From Chthoniobacteraceae bacterium (GTDB lineage: Bacteria; Verrucomicrobiota; Verrucomicrobiia; Chthoniobacterales; Chthoniobacteraceae): a stretch of DNA of 64,000 nt. Positions 1 to 9,454 of this stretch are shown piece by piece (the stretch's first letter is position 1; each line of letters opens with the position of its first letter). Both the position numbers and the translations under genes were made by a program. The stretch spans positions 11,130-75,129 of the forward strand of contig JANNXQ010000130.1 of the NCBI GenBank assembly GCA_031409655.1, written 5' to 3'. The notes beneath the pieces were generated by a model. That model made no database searches, had not been told where the DNA came from, and saw only the letters and a list, made by a program, of their open reading frames with translations.

Positions 1-921
1 CAACGGCAGGTGGTCAGAGCCCACCTTCGGCCCAACCCGAATCCCGGCTACAGTGAGCGACGCACTGACCAGGCAGTGATCGAGCGGAATCATCAGCAGC
101 GGGAAAAACGAGGGCCACGTCGGCAGAATGCCGTGTCCCCGACGTGCGTCGCGCAAACCGGAGTTTCGCAGCAGCCGCTGATAGTCTGGCGACCACGGGG
201 TAACATTCAAATCACCAATCAGGATCGTCGGGTTTTTTAACTGGCGGGCCACTGCCGCGAGGCCTCGGAGTTGCGCATTTCGCGCGTCAAACGCACTCCT
301 GCTCCCAGGTGGCAATGGGTGGCTCGCCAGCAGCGAGATGGCTTGGCTGCCAAAATGGACATCGGTGAGGATCGTGGGCACCTCGCTTTCCAAATCGACC
401 TCGCGCGGGTCGATCAGCCGGCCCCTGCTTAACACCGCGATTCCGAAATTGTCCTCGCGAGTGATCCACGTGGAGAATGGGTAGGTTTCCCGAAGCGACT
501 CCAAGTCAGCCATCCAGCGCTCGTTCACCTCCTGCAAAATGACCAAATCCGGCCGCTCTCGTTGAATCAAGGAAAGGAGCGGGGCCGACTGAAGATTTGC
601 CGTATAGACGTTGCAGAGGAGAAGGCGGAGGGGAAAGCCGGCAGTCGGTCGAGTCGTAGAGATTCCGAAGTACGACGGTGCAATCGCAAAGCCATTGACA
701 ACGACGCTTAGCAACCCAATCGCCGCCCATCGCCCATCTCGCAAGGCTAGCGAAGCGCAGGTGCAGACTACCGCGGCGACCAGATATTGGAGTCTGAAAT
801 GGCAAGTCAGCTCAAAGAGCCAATAGACGTCAGCAACGCTAGCGGTGAGTGTCGGGAGCAACACCAAACAGGCAAACATCCGCGACTTGTCCCGGGCGAA
901 ATTCAGAATCAATTTTGTCAT
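1..921 (-). CDS. Endonuclease/exonuclease/phosphatase (EEP) family membrane-anchored protein, running off the left edge
   Basis: Not in the ORF track because there is no stop in the window. Manual translation from ATG at 921 gives N-terminal hydrophobic helices, then LLLCNVY, PDLVILQEV, ILIGDLNVTPWS, IPLDHCLVS and VGSDHLPL, all canonical EEP motifs. Confidence 0.9.
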   Translation of the reverse strand, partial: MTKLILNFARDKSRMFACLVLLPTLTASVADVYWLFELTCHFRLQYLVAAVVCTCASLALRDGRWAAIGLLSVVVNGFAIAPSYFGISTTRPTAGFPLRLLLCNVYTANLQSAPLLSLIQRERPDLVILQEVNERWMADLESLRETYPFSTWITREDNFGIAVLSRGRLIDPREVDLESEVPTILTDVHFGSQAISLLASHPLPPGSRSAFDARNAQLRGLAAVARQLKNPTILIGDLNVTPWSPDYQRLLRNSGLRDARRGHGILPTWPSFFPLLMIPLDHCLVSASLTVAGIRVGPKVGSDHLPL

Positions 922-1091
922 GGGCGCAATGGATTCGGCTCTCTAGTCTTGTTCCCGATGGCGGCGTCTTGTCGCGATGCCTAAAGACGATAGCGAGATC
1001 GAAATCCTCTGTAAGAAAAAGCTCTATGGAGCGAAGCCAAGAGCGGAGAGTGAGCGCCAAGCAGCCGATCACCGGCTCTCAACGCTGAGCT

Positions 1092-1820
1092 CTGGTCTTC
1101 CCGAACTACGTGCGCCCGCAGTACAGCGGTCTCTTTTCGAAAACGAAGCCCTACCGCGAGGCCGCGGACTTCCCCACCATCACGGACAAACCCGCCGCCT
1201 CGACCCTGCGCGAAAGCGGCGAGCGCGGCGAGTTGGACGGGCACTTCGGCGACAAGCTCGACGCCAATGTACTTCTTAATTTCTAGCAGTTCGTCCACGA
1301 GCACCTCAAGGCCAAAGCGAAGGACGTGGAGCGGCTGCGGAAGTACTCCTGCCCGAAGTGCAAAGAGGGAGTGACCGACCGCTGCGCAATCGACACCGCA
1401 CTGACCAAGAAGCGCACCAGTCTCCTCTGCAACTACTGCGACCACGCGGACGCCGGGGTAATCGATCTGAGGGACGTGCTGGAGAAGCAATTCACGAGCA
1501 AGGAAGGCGAAGCGCAGGCCGATCTGGCCGCGGCCTTGCCCGCCTTCACCGAGAGCAAGTCCATCTTTGAACGCCTCGCCGCCAGCGACCCCGCCAATGC
1601 CGCGTGGCAGCGCGACCTTTTCTACAGCATGGCCATGATCGCCACGAGGGTCTTCCAACCGCAGGAGCGCTGGGCAGAGGCGCTGGAACTGATGGAAAAA
1701 GGCCTGGCCATTAACGAACGCCTGGCCGCGATCGATCCGACGAATGTGATGTGGCAGAACGATGTGCGAGTGAGCCGCCGCGTGGTGGCCGGGCTGCGCG
1801 CCCAGGTGGCAGGGAAATAG
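1092..1820 (+). pseudogene. Degraded fragment: Zn-ribbon region (resembling the C-terminal part of Roc-COR/TIR-type proteins) fused to a TPR-like tail
   Basis: The frame of ORF 1326..1820 continues upstream (LVFPNY...REAADF...GELDGHF) through an in-frame TAG at 1284-1286, then FVHEHL, CPKC...CNYC, then TPR-like ERLAASDPANAAWQRDL and ERLAAIDPTNVMWQND. There is no proper start. Confidence 0.55.
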
Positions 1821-1859
1821 CCCGCCGCGGCCCACGCCGCGGCGCAGCCGCCCAGCCTC

Positions 1860-2024
1860 GGTGGATGGCGCGCTCCGCCGCGCCATGGGTACACCCTCCG
1901 CGCCGCGCGCTGCCTGAACTCGCGGCGCACCCTGCGGCGCATCTGGGCGAGAGCGCGGGAGGGAGAGATGGGCGGCGGTGCCGCGTTGGCTTTGGCCATG
2001 GCGCGGCGGAGCGCGCCATCCACC
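1860..2024. repeat. REP-like doublet (REPIN-type): perfect 29-bp inverted repeat
   Basis: GGTGGATGGCGCGCTCCGCCGCGCCATGG (1860-1888) and its exact reverse complement (1996-2024). Each arm is internally palindromic. A related copy lies at ~25023-25049. Confidence 0.85.
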
Positions 2025-2324
2025 TGGATTTGGCCGGCGGCTACTTTCGGAACGGCTGGTCCCGCTCTCTGCGCCGAAACGGCGAAAATCGCGGGCCTTG
2101 GCGACAGATCATCAAAAATCCGTGGCTTCCCGGCTCCGGTTTGCCATTTTCCGGAGCCAGTCGGCGGCTTTCAGGGTCGGGGCTTCAGGGGGCTGGCGGG
2201 AGCGCGGAAATCGGGCTCCGGGAGAGCGGTTCTTGCGAGCATCGCGCGCTTTGGGGGCCGGAGGCAGCTTGCTGCCGTGGGCGGGGGGGCTTCGGTGGGA
2301 GGCGGCCCGCGGAACGCTCCTGCC

Positions 2325-2354
2325 GCGCGGACGAGTCCGCGCAGTCCAAAGCGC
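2325..2354. repeat. Single arm of the TTTGGAGTGCG/CGCAGTCCAAA REP family
   Basis: GCGCGGACGAGTCCGCGCAGTCCAAAGCGC is 29/30 identical to 46956-46985. Confidence 0.75.
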
Positions 2355-2494
2355 CCGGTGCTGTTTCTAGGCTGGTCGTGGCCGGTGGGGCGGGTGGTCG
2401 CGCGGCGTTGCCAGGGGATCGGGTGCTGCTGCCTGGGGCGGGGCAAACTTCAAACCATGCCGATCCGGTTCGTGGCTAAATGGCGGGGGGAGTT

Positions 2495-2580
2495 GGACAG
2501 GATTATCAAGATTGGCAGGATTCACAGGATTCCATCTGTCGAAATCCTGGAATCCTCTGAATCCTGTGATTCCTGTCTCC
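2495..2580. repeat. Inverted short tandem repeat element (CAGGATT... / ...AATCCTG)
   Basis: GACAGGATTATCAAGATTGGCAGGATTCACAGGATT is mirrored by AATCCTGGAATCCTCTGAATCCTGTGATTCCTGTC. Confidence 0.75.
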
Positions 2581-2816
2581 AGTTCGGGAAGCTTGGCCAC
2601 GAACTCGATAGGCAAACTTCAAACTTCAAACGCCCAAGGACGGTGAGGGGGCACTTTCGCCGAAAGTGAGATGGCAGTCCTCGGGGCCACCGCGGCTGTT
2701 TTGGCGAAACTGCCCCACCACCCAAAGGAGACGGCCCGATTTCCCTAAATTCGTTGCGGGGCAGGATCGTCGGGGACGGACGGGGTGGCCCGGGCGGCGC
2801 GGATGGAGTTTCATGG

Positions 2817-2846
2817 TTGACGGGTTCCGCGCAGCGCCGGTAGCTT
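2817..2846 (+). promoter_or_regulatory. Putative sigma70 promoter of ndk
   Basis: TTGACG-18 nt-TAGCTT upstream of ATG 2957. Confidence 0.4.
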
Positions 2847-2956
2847 CACGCCCCGCTAAAAAACGACCCGCAAAATACCCAAAAAAATCGCGGCCTGCGC
2901 CAGGATCGCTCGGAAAAATGCCAGTTCCGAGTAGCCAGCGCGGGCACTTTTTATCT

Positions 2957-4126
2957 ATGGCCGAAGAACTTTCCTACGTACTCGTCACTCCATACTCGAT
3001 CCGCAAGTCGCGGACGGGTGGCATCCTCGCCCGCATCATCTCGCGGACGGGGCTGGAGATCGTGGCGGCGCGGATGTTTGCCCCGAGTGCAGAGTTGGTG
3101 AAAAATTACGCGGCGATGATCGTGAGCGATCCGGAGCCGAGCCATCGGGCGACGCAGGAACTGATCAAACAGTACGTCCTGACGAATTTCATGCCGGGCG
3201 GGGCGGTGAAGCGGCCGCGGGTGCTGATGCTGATCTTTAAGGGCGAGGATGCGGTGATGAAGGTGCGGACGACGGTGGGGCACATCGTGAATGAGCGGAC
3301 GAGTGGGGAGACGATCCGCGATACCTACGGCGACTACATGGCGGACGCGAATGGCTTGGTGACTTACTTTGAACCGGCGGTGCTGGCGCCGCCGGACGCG
3401 GCTTCGGCGAAGGCGGATCTGCTGCTCTGGGCGCAGTATTCGGACTCGGATGGTGGGCTGCTGGAAAATGCGGTGGAGTATCCGCCGGGCTCAAAGGTCG
3501 AGAAGACGCTGGTGCTGATCAAGCCGGACAATTTCCGCTTTCCGAATGCGCGGCCGGGCGGCGTGATCGATCTCTTTTCCCGGACCAATCTGTACATCAT
3601 CGCCTGCAAGGTGCATCGCATGAGCGTGGCGCAGGCGGAGGAGTTCTACGGGCCCGTGCTGGAGGTGCTGATGGATAAGCTGCGCGGGCGCTCCGGCGAG
3701 ACGGCGAAGGCGGTGCTGGAGAAGGAGTTTGGGATCACGCTTTCCGCGGAGACGGTGCAGCAGCTCGGGGACATCCTGGGGCCGATCAATGGCCGGGATA
3801 ACTGGGAGCAGATCGTGAAATTCATGGCGGGCCTGAAGCCGAGCGAATGTCCGGCGGACAAGCGCAACGAGCCGGGCAGCGAAAAGTGCATCGCGCTCTG
3901 CTACCAGGGCGTGGATGCGGTGCGGAAGATCCGCGAGGTGCTCGGGCCGACCGATCCCTCGAAGGCGCCTCCCGGGACGATTCGCCGCGAGTTTGGCTCG
4001 ACCATCATGGTCAATGCCGCCCACGCGAGCGACGCTCCCGAGAATGCGGCCCGCGAAATGGGCATCGTGCAGATCTCCGAGAATAACCTGCGACCGCTCG
4101 TCGAGAGTTGGTTTGCAAAGAAATGA
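2957..4126 (+). CDS. ndk: Nucleoside diphosphate kinase, tandem two-domain form
   Basis: The C-domain has EKTLVLIKPD, LGPTDPSKAPPGTIRREFG and NAAHASD (catalytic His). The N-domain is a second NDK-like repeat. The start was reassigned to ATG 2957. Confidence 0.9.
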   Translation: MAEELSYVLVTPYSIRKSRTGGILARIISRTGLEIVAARMFAPSAELVKNYAAMIVSDPEPSHRATQELIKQYVLTNFMPGGAVKRPRVLMLIFKGEDAVMKVRTTVGHIVNERTSGETIRDTYGDYMADANGLVTYFEPAVLAPPDAASAKADLLLWAQYSDSDGGLLENAVEYPPGSKVEKTLVLIKPDNFRFPNARPGGVIDLFSRTNLYIIACKVHRMSVAQAEEFYGPVLEVLMDKLRGRSGETAKAVLEKEFGITLSAETVQQLGDILGPINGRDNWEQIVKFMAGLKPSECPADKRNEPGSEKCIALCYQGVDAVRKIREVLGPTDPSKAPPGTIRREFGSTIMVNAAHASDAPENAAREMGIVQISENNLRPLVESWFAKK

Positions 4127-4173
4127 GCGGCACCTTCCAATCTGAAATCTTAAATCTTAAATCCTCAATGACC

Positions 4174-5334
4174 ATGGACCTCTCCCACCGCGCCACCATC
4201 CTCTCGCCCTCGCTCACGCTCAGCATCGACTCGAAAGCCAAGGCGATGAAAGCCGAAGGCATCGACGTCTGCAGCTTCGGGGCCGGTGAGCCCGATTTTG
4301 ACACGCCTGAGCACATCAAGAAAGCGGCCGCCGAGGCGCTCGCTGCTGGCTTTACGAAATACACGCCCAGCTCTGGCATCCCCGAACTGCGCCAGGCCAT
4401 CGCGGATAAATTCCTGGCCGACAACCAGCTCGCCTTTAAGCCAAACCAGATCGTGGTCAGCAATGGCGCGAAACATTCCTGCTACAATGCGATCCTCGCG
4501 ACGTGCCAGCCCGGTGATGAGGTGATCATCCCCGCGCCTTACTGGCTGAGCTATCCGGAGATGGTCCGGCTCGCCGGCGCTGATCCGGTCTTCATCGCGA
4601 CGAAGGAGGAGAACAACTGGAAGATGACGGCGGAGGAATTTCAGGACGCGATGACGCCGCGCACGAAGATGGTGATCCTGAACTCGCCCGGCAATCCGAC
4701 GGGCAGCGTTTATACGAAGGAAGAACTCACGGCCATCGTGGAAGTCGCTTCGGACGAAGAGATCCTGATCCTCTCCGACGAGATTTACGAGAAGCTCACC
4801 TATGACGATGTGCCGCACGTCAGCGTCGCGTCGCTGCCTGGTGCGTATGACATCACGATCACCGTGAATGGTTTCTCGAAAGCCTACGCGATGACCGGCT
4901 GGCGGCTCGGCTACATCGGCGCGCCCGAGGCGATCGCGAAGGCCATCGACGCCATCCAGAGCCACTCGACTTCCGGCGTGTGTTCCTTTGCGCAAAAGGG
5001 TGCGGTGGCCGCGCTCAAGGGCGACCAGTCCGCGGTGGAAGATATGCGCGGGGAATTCGACGTGCGCCGCAATTACATGGTGAACCGCGTGAAGGCGCTG
5101 CCCCGCGTGACCGTCGTGAATCCGCAGGGTGCCTTTTATGTGCTGATGAACATCAGCCAGCTCGGCCTCACCTCGACGAACTTCGCCGACCGCCTGCTCA
5201 GCAAGCATCACGTGGCCGTGGTCCCCGGCATCGCCTTTGGCGACGACCGCACCATCCGCCTGAGCTACGCCACGAGCCTCGACGTCATCAAAAAGGGCCT
5301 CGATCGCATCGAAGAGTTCTGCAAGACGCTGTAG
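4174..5334 (+). CDS. aspC: PLP-dependent class I aminotransferase (aspartate aminotransferase-like)
   Basis: GAGEPDFDTP, NSPGNPTG, SDEIY and GFSKAYAMTGWRLG (PLP lysine). Confidence 0.88.
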   Translation: MDLSHRATILSPSLTLSIDSKAKAMKAEGIDVCSFGAGEPDFDTPEHIKKAAAEALAAGFTKYTPSSGIPELRQAIADKFLADNQLAFKPNQIVVSNGAKHSCYNAILATCQPGDEVIIPAPYWLSYPEMVRLAGADPVFIATKEENNWKMTAEEFQDAMTPRTKMVILNSPGNPTGSVYTKEELTAIVEVASDEEILILSDEIYEKLTYDDVPHVSVASLPGAYDITITVNGFSKAYAMTGWRLGYIGAPEAIAKAIDAIQSHSTSGVCSFAQKGAVAALKGDQSAVEDMRGEFDVRRNYMVNRVKALPRVTVVNPQGAFYVLMNISQLGLTSTNFADRLLSKHHVAVVPGIAFGDDRTIRLSYATSLDVIKKGLDRIEEFCKTL

Positions 5335-5556
5335 TCCTGCCGGAGCGCCGCTGCGGCCCCCGCCAAGGCCCGCTCCACGGGTTTCGCTCGACGAATAAAC
5401 GAACTCCTTCGGCCAAAATTCGCGCGCAAATTTGCACCCACCAAACCCGGGCGTATCTTCCCGGAGTGTTGGTGTTGTTGGGCAAAGAACCGCGCGGCTA
5501 TTGGGTGGCCGCGCGGTTCAGTCCCCCGACTCAGGCCGGCCTCGCCGCAGGACAGA

Positions 5557-5586
5557 TTGACCACCGCAATATGGGCACCCTAGCGT
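5557..5586 (+). promoter_or_regulatory. Putative sigma70 promoter of purH, implying a very short leader
   Basis: TTGACC-18 nt-TAGCGT, ending 10 nt before ATG 5597. Confidence 0.45.
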
Positions 5587-5596
5587 CCTTTTTCTC

Positions 5597-7144
5597 ATGA
5601 CCACTCCGCGCAAGATCGTCCGCGCCCTCATCTCCGTTTCCGACAAGACCGGGCTCGTCCCTTTTGCCCGCGACCTCGTGGACATGGGCATCCAGATCAT
5701 CTCCACCGGCGGCACCGCCAAGCTCCTCGCCAAGGAAGGCATCGCGGTCCAGGAGATCTCGGATTTCACCGGCTTCCCCGAGATCCTGGACGGACGCGTG
5801 AAGACGCTGCACCCGAAAGTCCACGGTGGCCTGCTTTACCTCCGGGAAAGCGCGGACCATGTGGCGCAGGCGGCGCAGCATGGCATCGAGCCGATCGACC
5901 TCGTGGTGGTGAATCTTTACCCCTTTGCCGAGACGATCGCGAAGCCCGGCACCACGCTCGAAGAAGCTATCGAGCAGATCGACATTGGCGGCCCATCGAT
6001 GCTCCGCAGTGCGGCGAAAAACTACCGCTCGGTGACCGTGGTGGTGGATCCCGCGGACTACGCGGACGTGCTCGAGTCCATCCGCGACAACGACGGCACG
6101 ACCACGCTGAAGTTGCGTGAGCGGCTCGGGATCAAGGTCTTCGTGGTCACCTCCAGCTACGACGAGGCGATCGCGAATTACCTCAACAGAGAGCAGCAGG
6201 CCACGTCCTCTTTTTCCATCTCCCTGCCCTGCGTCGCCCGCCTCCGCTACGGTGAAAATCCGCACCAGACTGGCTCGCTTTACGGCGCGTGGGACGAGCA
6301 TTTCCAAAAGCTCCACGGCAAGGATCTGTCTTACAATAACATCCTCGATATCACCGCGGCCTCGGAGCTGATCGAGGAATTCACGGAACCGACCGTCGCC
6401 ATCCTGAAGCACACCAATCCGTGCGGCGTGGGCAGCGATCCCGATCTGCGCGAGGCCTGGGACAAGGCCTTCGCCACGGACAAGCAGGCCCCCTTCGGTG
6501 GCATCATCATCTGCAATCGCCCACTCACCGAGGCACTGGCCAAGGCGATCAGCGGGATCTTTAGCGAAGTGATCATCGCCCCGGATTTCGAGGCCGATGC
6601 GCGCGCGCTTTTGCAGAAAAAGAAGAATCTGCGGCTGATGCGGAAACTCTCCGTGCCGAAGCCGAAAGATCCGGAGGCCGACCTGCTCATGCGCAGCGTC
6701 GCCGGCGGCGTGCTCGTCCAGAGTCGCGACGCGGAGCCCGAGACGGAGCTGGAGAAAAAGGTCGTCACCGAGCGCCCGCCGACCATGCACGAGATGGCCG
6801 CGATGCTCTTCGGCTGGCGGGTCGTGAAGCATGTGAAATCCAACGCCATCGTGTACGCTGCGGCGGATCGCACCCTGGGTATCGGCGCGGGCCAGATGTC
6901 CCGGGTGGACGCCTCCCGCATCGCCATCTGGAAAGCGGGCGACGCCGGCCTTTCGCTGGCCGGCAGTGCCGTCGCGAGCGACGCTTTCTTCCCCTTCCCC
7001 GACGGCCTCATCGCCGCCGCCGAAGCCGGCGCCACCTGCGCCATTCAACCCGGCGGCTCCGTCAAGGATCCGGAAGTGATCGCCGCCGCCAACGAGCGCA
7101 AGATGGCCATGATCTGCACTGGCCTGAGGCACTTCCGGCACTGA
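5597..7144 (+). CDS. purH: Bifunctional AICAR transformylase/IMP cyclohydrolase
   Basis: [53 protein letters not shown] and RHFRH. Confidence 0.98.
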   Translation: MTTPRKIVRALISVSDKTGLVPFARDLVDMGIQIISTGGTAKLLAKEGIAVQEISDFTGFPEILDGRVKTLHPKVHGGLLYLRESADHVAQAAQHGIEPIDLVVVNLYPFAETIAKPGTTLEEAIEQIDIGGPSMLRSAAKNYRSVTVVVDPADYADVLESIRDNDGTTTLKLRERLGIKVFVVTSSYDEAIANYLNREQQATSSFSISLPCVARLRYGENPHQTGSLYGAWDEHFQKLHGKDLSYNNILDITAASELIEEFTEPTVAILKHTNPCGVGSDPDLREAWDKAFATDKQAPFGGIIICNRPLTEALAKAISGIFSEVIIAPDFEADARALLQKKKNLRLMRKLSVPKPKDPEADLLMRSVAGGVLVQSRDAEPETELEKKVVTERPPTMHEMAAMLFGWRVVKHVKSNAIVYAAADRTLGIGAGQMSRVDASRIAIWKAGDAGLSLAGSAVASDAFFPFPDGLIAAAEAGATCAIQPGGSVKDPEVIAAANERKMAMICTGLRHFRH

Positions 7145-7153
7145 TCGAAGAAT

Positions 7154-7237
7154 GTGAATAGTGACTGGTGACTGGTGGATAGTGCCCCACCCACTCGCGC
7201 GACCTTCACCATCCACTAGTCACCAGTCACTATTCAC
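7154..7237. repeat. Inverted heptamer-repeat hairpin (GTGACTG family)
   Basis: 31-nt arms at 7154-7184 and 7207-7237 are 29/31 complementary. A related element lies at 56956-57072. Confidence 0.8.
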
Positions 7238-7251
7238 CTCTGCCCATCCCC

Positions 7252-8007
7252 ATGAAGCTAGGCGTCAATATCGACCACGTCGCCACGCTCCGGCAGGCCC
7301 GCTACGCGGGATCGCTGGACTCGCCCAATGCGGAGCCCGACCTCGTCGCCGCCGCCGCCGCAGCCGAGCGCGGCGGAGCCCAGGGGATCACCGTCCATCT
7401 GCGCGCTGACCGCCGGCACATCCAGGACCGCGACATTACCCGCCTGCGCGAGACTTTGCTCACGAAGATGAATCTCGAGATGGGCAACACGCCCGACATT
7501 CTCGAATTTGCCCTGCGGGTCATCCCCGAGGAGGTCTGCCTCGTCCCGGAGAACCGCAAGGAGATCACCACCGAAGGCGGCCTCGACGCGGTGCGCTCCG
7601 AGAAGCAACTCGCGCCGACGATCAAGCGCCTCCAGGCCCACGAGATTCGCGTCAGTCTTTTCATCGAGCCGTCGCCGGATCAGATCGACGCCGCCCACCG
7701 GCTCGGTGCCGATATCGTGGAATTGCACACCGGCGCCTTTGCCAACGCCACCGGCATCGGGCTGAAAGGCGAACTCACCCGCTTGCGTTCCGCCGCCGAA
7801 TACGCCCACTCCGCCGGCCTGCAAGTGAACGCCGGCCACGGCATCAACTACCTGAACATCCGCCTCGTCCGCACCGTCTCGCACCTTGCGGAGCTGAACA
7901 TCGGCCACTCCATCGTCTCCCGGTCCGTCCTCGTGGGCCTGGAAGCCGCGACCGCGGAAATGCTCGCGGCGATGGGCGGCGTGGAATGGTCCCATCTCGT
8001 GAAATAA
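7252..8007 (+). CDS. pdxJ: Pyridoxine 5'-phosphate synthase
   Basis: LGVNIDHVATLRQAR, TVHLRADRRHIQ, TTEGGLD, ELHTG, NAGHG and ELNIGHSI. Confidence 0.98.
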   Translation: MKLGVNIDHVATLRQARYAGSLDSPNAEPDLVAAAAAAERGGAQGITVHLRADRRHIQDRDITRLRETLLTKMNLEMGNTPDILEFALRVIPEEVCLVPENRKEITTEGGLDAVRSEKQLAPTIKRLQAHEIRVSLFIEPSPDQIDAAHRLGADIVELHTGAFANATGIGLKGELTRLRSAAEYAHSAGLQVNAGHGINYLNIRLVRTVSHLAELNIGHSIVSRSVLVGLEAATAEMLAAMGGVEWSHLVK

Positions 8008-8159
8008 AACGGACCCTCCGCCTCCTCCTCCTCTGAGCGTTTCGCATAGGAGGTGGTGGTGTGATTAAATGTAGTGCCATGCGGGATGCGCGCGATGTCC
8101 CGGAGGGACGCTGGAAACTAGATACCGTGTTGGTCAAGAGAGGAAAAGAAGGGAGGGAT

Positions 8160-9167
8160 TTAAGGGGTCGTGAAGAGAGTGTGATTGGGGTTGTAGTCGG
8201 CTTTGGATTGGAGGAGAGCGAAGGCGGTGCGGACCATTTTGTGGAGGACGGCGAAGACGATGGCCATGGGGGTTTTGCCGGCGGCGCGGAGGCGCTCGGC
8301 AAAGGCTTTGGAGCGGGGGTCGCAGCGCAGCGCGGTGAGGGCCGGGAAGTAGAGTTTGGAGCGCAGCTCTGGGGCGGCGTGGCCGATGCGGGAAGCTTTG
8401 CGCACGGAGGTGCCGCTCTGGCACTGGCGCGGCACCACGCCCAGCCAGGCCGCGACGGAGCGGGCGTTTTTGAAGTGGCGCGGGAGCTCGGCGGCGAGCA
8501 GGCGTGCCGTCTTGCGGCCGCACCCGGGGATGGCCTCGAGGCGGGTGATGTCGGCGGCCAGCTCCGGGCTGTTGCGGAGGTGCGTGGCGACGGCTTTTTC
8601 CAGGCGGGCGAGTTCCGCGGCCAGCCACTTGGCCGAGCGTTGGAGGCTCTGGCGCAGAGCGGGCGCGGCGGGCGCGGTTTCCAGCCGGCGTTGCTCGGCT
8701 TGGAGGGCGACTTCCAGATCGGCCTGGCGGCGCAGCAGTTCGCGCAGGAGGGCTTGGGCGGGCGGCAGCGGCTGCCACTCCTCAAGGGGCTGGGTGGCGG
8801 CCATGCGGGCGATGAGCTGCGCATCGACCCGGTCGGTCTTGTTGCGGCGGCCGAGGCTGCGCGCGAAATCCAGCACGCGGCGGGGGTTGAGCACGGCGAC
8901 GCGGTGGCCGGCGGCTTGCGCGGCCGTGGCCACGGCGAGGCTGTAGGCGCCCGTGGCCTCCAGGGCGATGAGGGCTTTCTCCACGCCTTGCGCGGCCAGC
9001 CAGGCCAGCATTTGCGCGTGGCCGTCCTGGGTATTGGCAAAGCGCTGATGAAGGGTGCGGGGAGTGACGAGCAGGGCGACATCGAGGGTGAGTTTGGCGA
9101 CGTCGATGCCCAGCGCGGGGAGCGTGGCAGGGAGGGTTGGTGGGGAGGATGGAGCAGTTTGCGGCAT
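8160..9167 (-). CDS. IS110 DEDD recombinase/transposase
   Basis: RuvC-like DEDD residues (GIDVAK, LEATG, KTDRVDA), a coiled coil, and a C-terminal Tnp domain with GVVPRQCQSGTS (catalytic Ser). The ORF is intact. Confidence 0.95.
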   Translation of the reverse strand: MPQTAPSSPPTLPATLPALGIDVAKLTLDVALLVTPRTLHQRFANTQDGHAQMLAWLAAQGVEKALIALEATGAYSLAVATAAQAAGHRVAVLNPRRVLDFARSLGRRNKTDRVDAQLIARMAATQPLEEWQPLPPAQALLRELLRRQADLEVALQAEQRRLETAPAAPALRQSLQRSAKWLAAELARLEKAVATHLRNSPELAADITRLEAIPGCGRKTARLLAAELPRHFKNARSVAAWLGVVPRQCQSGTSVRKASRIGHAAPELRSKLYFPALTALRCDPRSKAFAERLRAAGKTPMAIVFAVLHKMVRTAFALLQSKADYNPNHTLFTTP

Positions 9168-9214
9168 GGCTTTTTGGTGGTGGGTGGTGGGGTTGATTTG
9201 GGTGGTGTGCAGTC

Positions 9215-9405
9215 TTGCTTTGAGGCGGCTCTCCGGCGCGGGGCGCAGGCTTGTGTGACGCAGTGCTCCGCGAGTAAACTCCCGGTCTGCCAGATACCGT
9301 CCGGCCTTTGGGCCGGAGAGGCGGCGGGGTCGGGTGCCTTTCTAATTTACAGGCTCAGTGTGACCTCAGCCGGTGACGGGTTACCCGCCCCGCTGCCTCA
9401 AAACG
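9215..9405 (-). ncRNA. Predicted IS110 bridge RNA (target-binding loop and donor-binding loop)
   Basis: The TBL stem (9383-9399 with 9318-9335) encloses UCACCGGCU and AAAUUAG. The DBL encloses ACGGUAUCU (9/9 match to the right end) and CACACAAG (8/8 complementary to the left end). The ends of the RNA are approximate. Confidence 0.85.
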
Positions 9406-9454
9406 GACGCTCTTGGTCTAACACGGCAATCAACACACAAGCCGTTCCCTCCAA

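Larger units (their letters stand above)
8120..9441 (-). mobile_element. Complete IS110-family (IS621-like) insertion sequence flanked by a duplicated CT core
   Basis: On the minus strand the left junction is GGAACGG-CT-TGTGTG (core at 9440-9441) and the right junction is TTGACCAAC-ACGGTAT-CT-AGTTT (core at 8120-8121). No TIRs are present. A ~270-bp non-coding end lies upstream of the recombinase. Confidence 0.9.

Noticed and set aside
1751..2956. Overlapping Arg/Gly-rich ORFs, and the N-terminal extension of ndk from 2666
   Set aside because: These are translations of GC-rich repeat and intergenic DNA without protein-like composition.
5340..5596. Possible ZTP riboswitch upstream of purH (hairpins at ~5430-5520)
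   Set aside because: The conserved ZTP motifs (GACUGGCG...CGCCUGGG) are not visible, and the likely promoter lies downstream of the hairpins.
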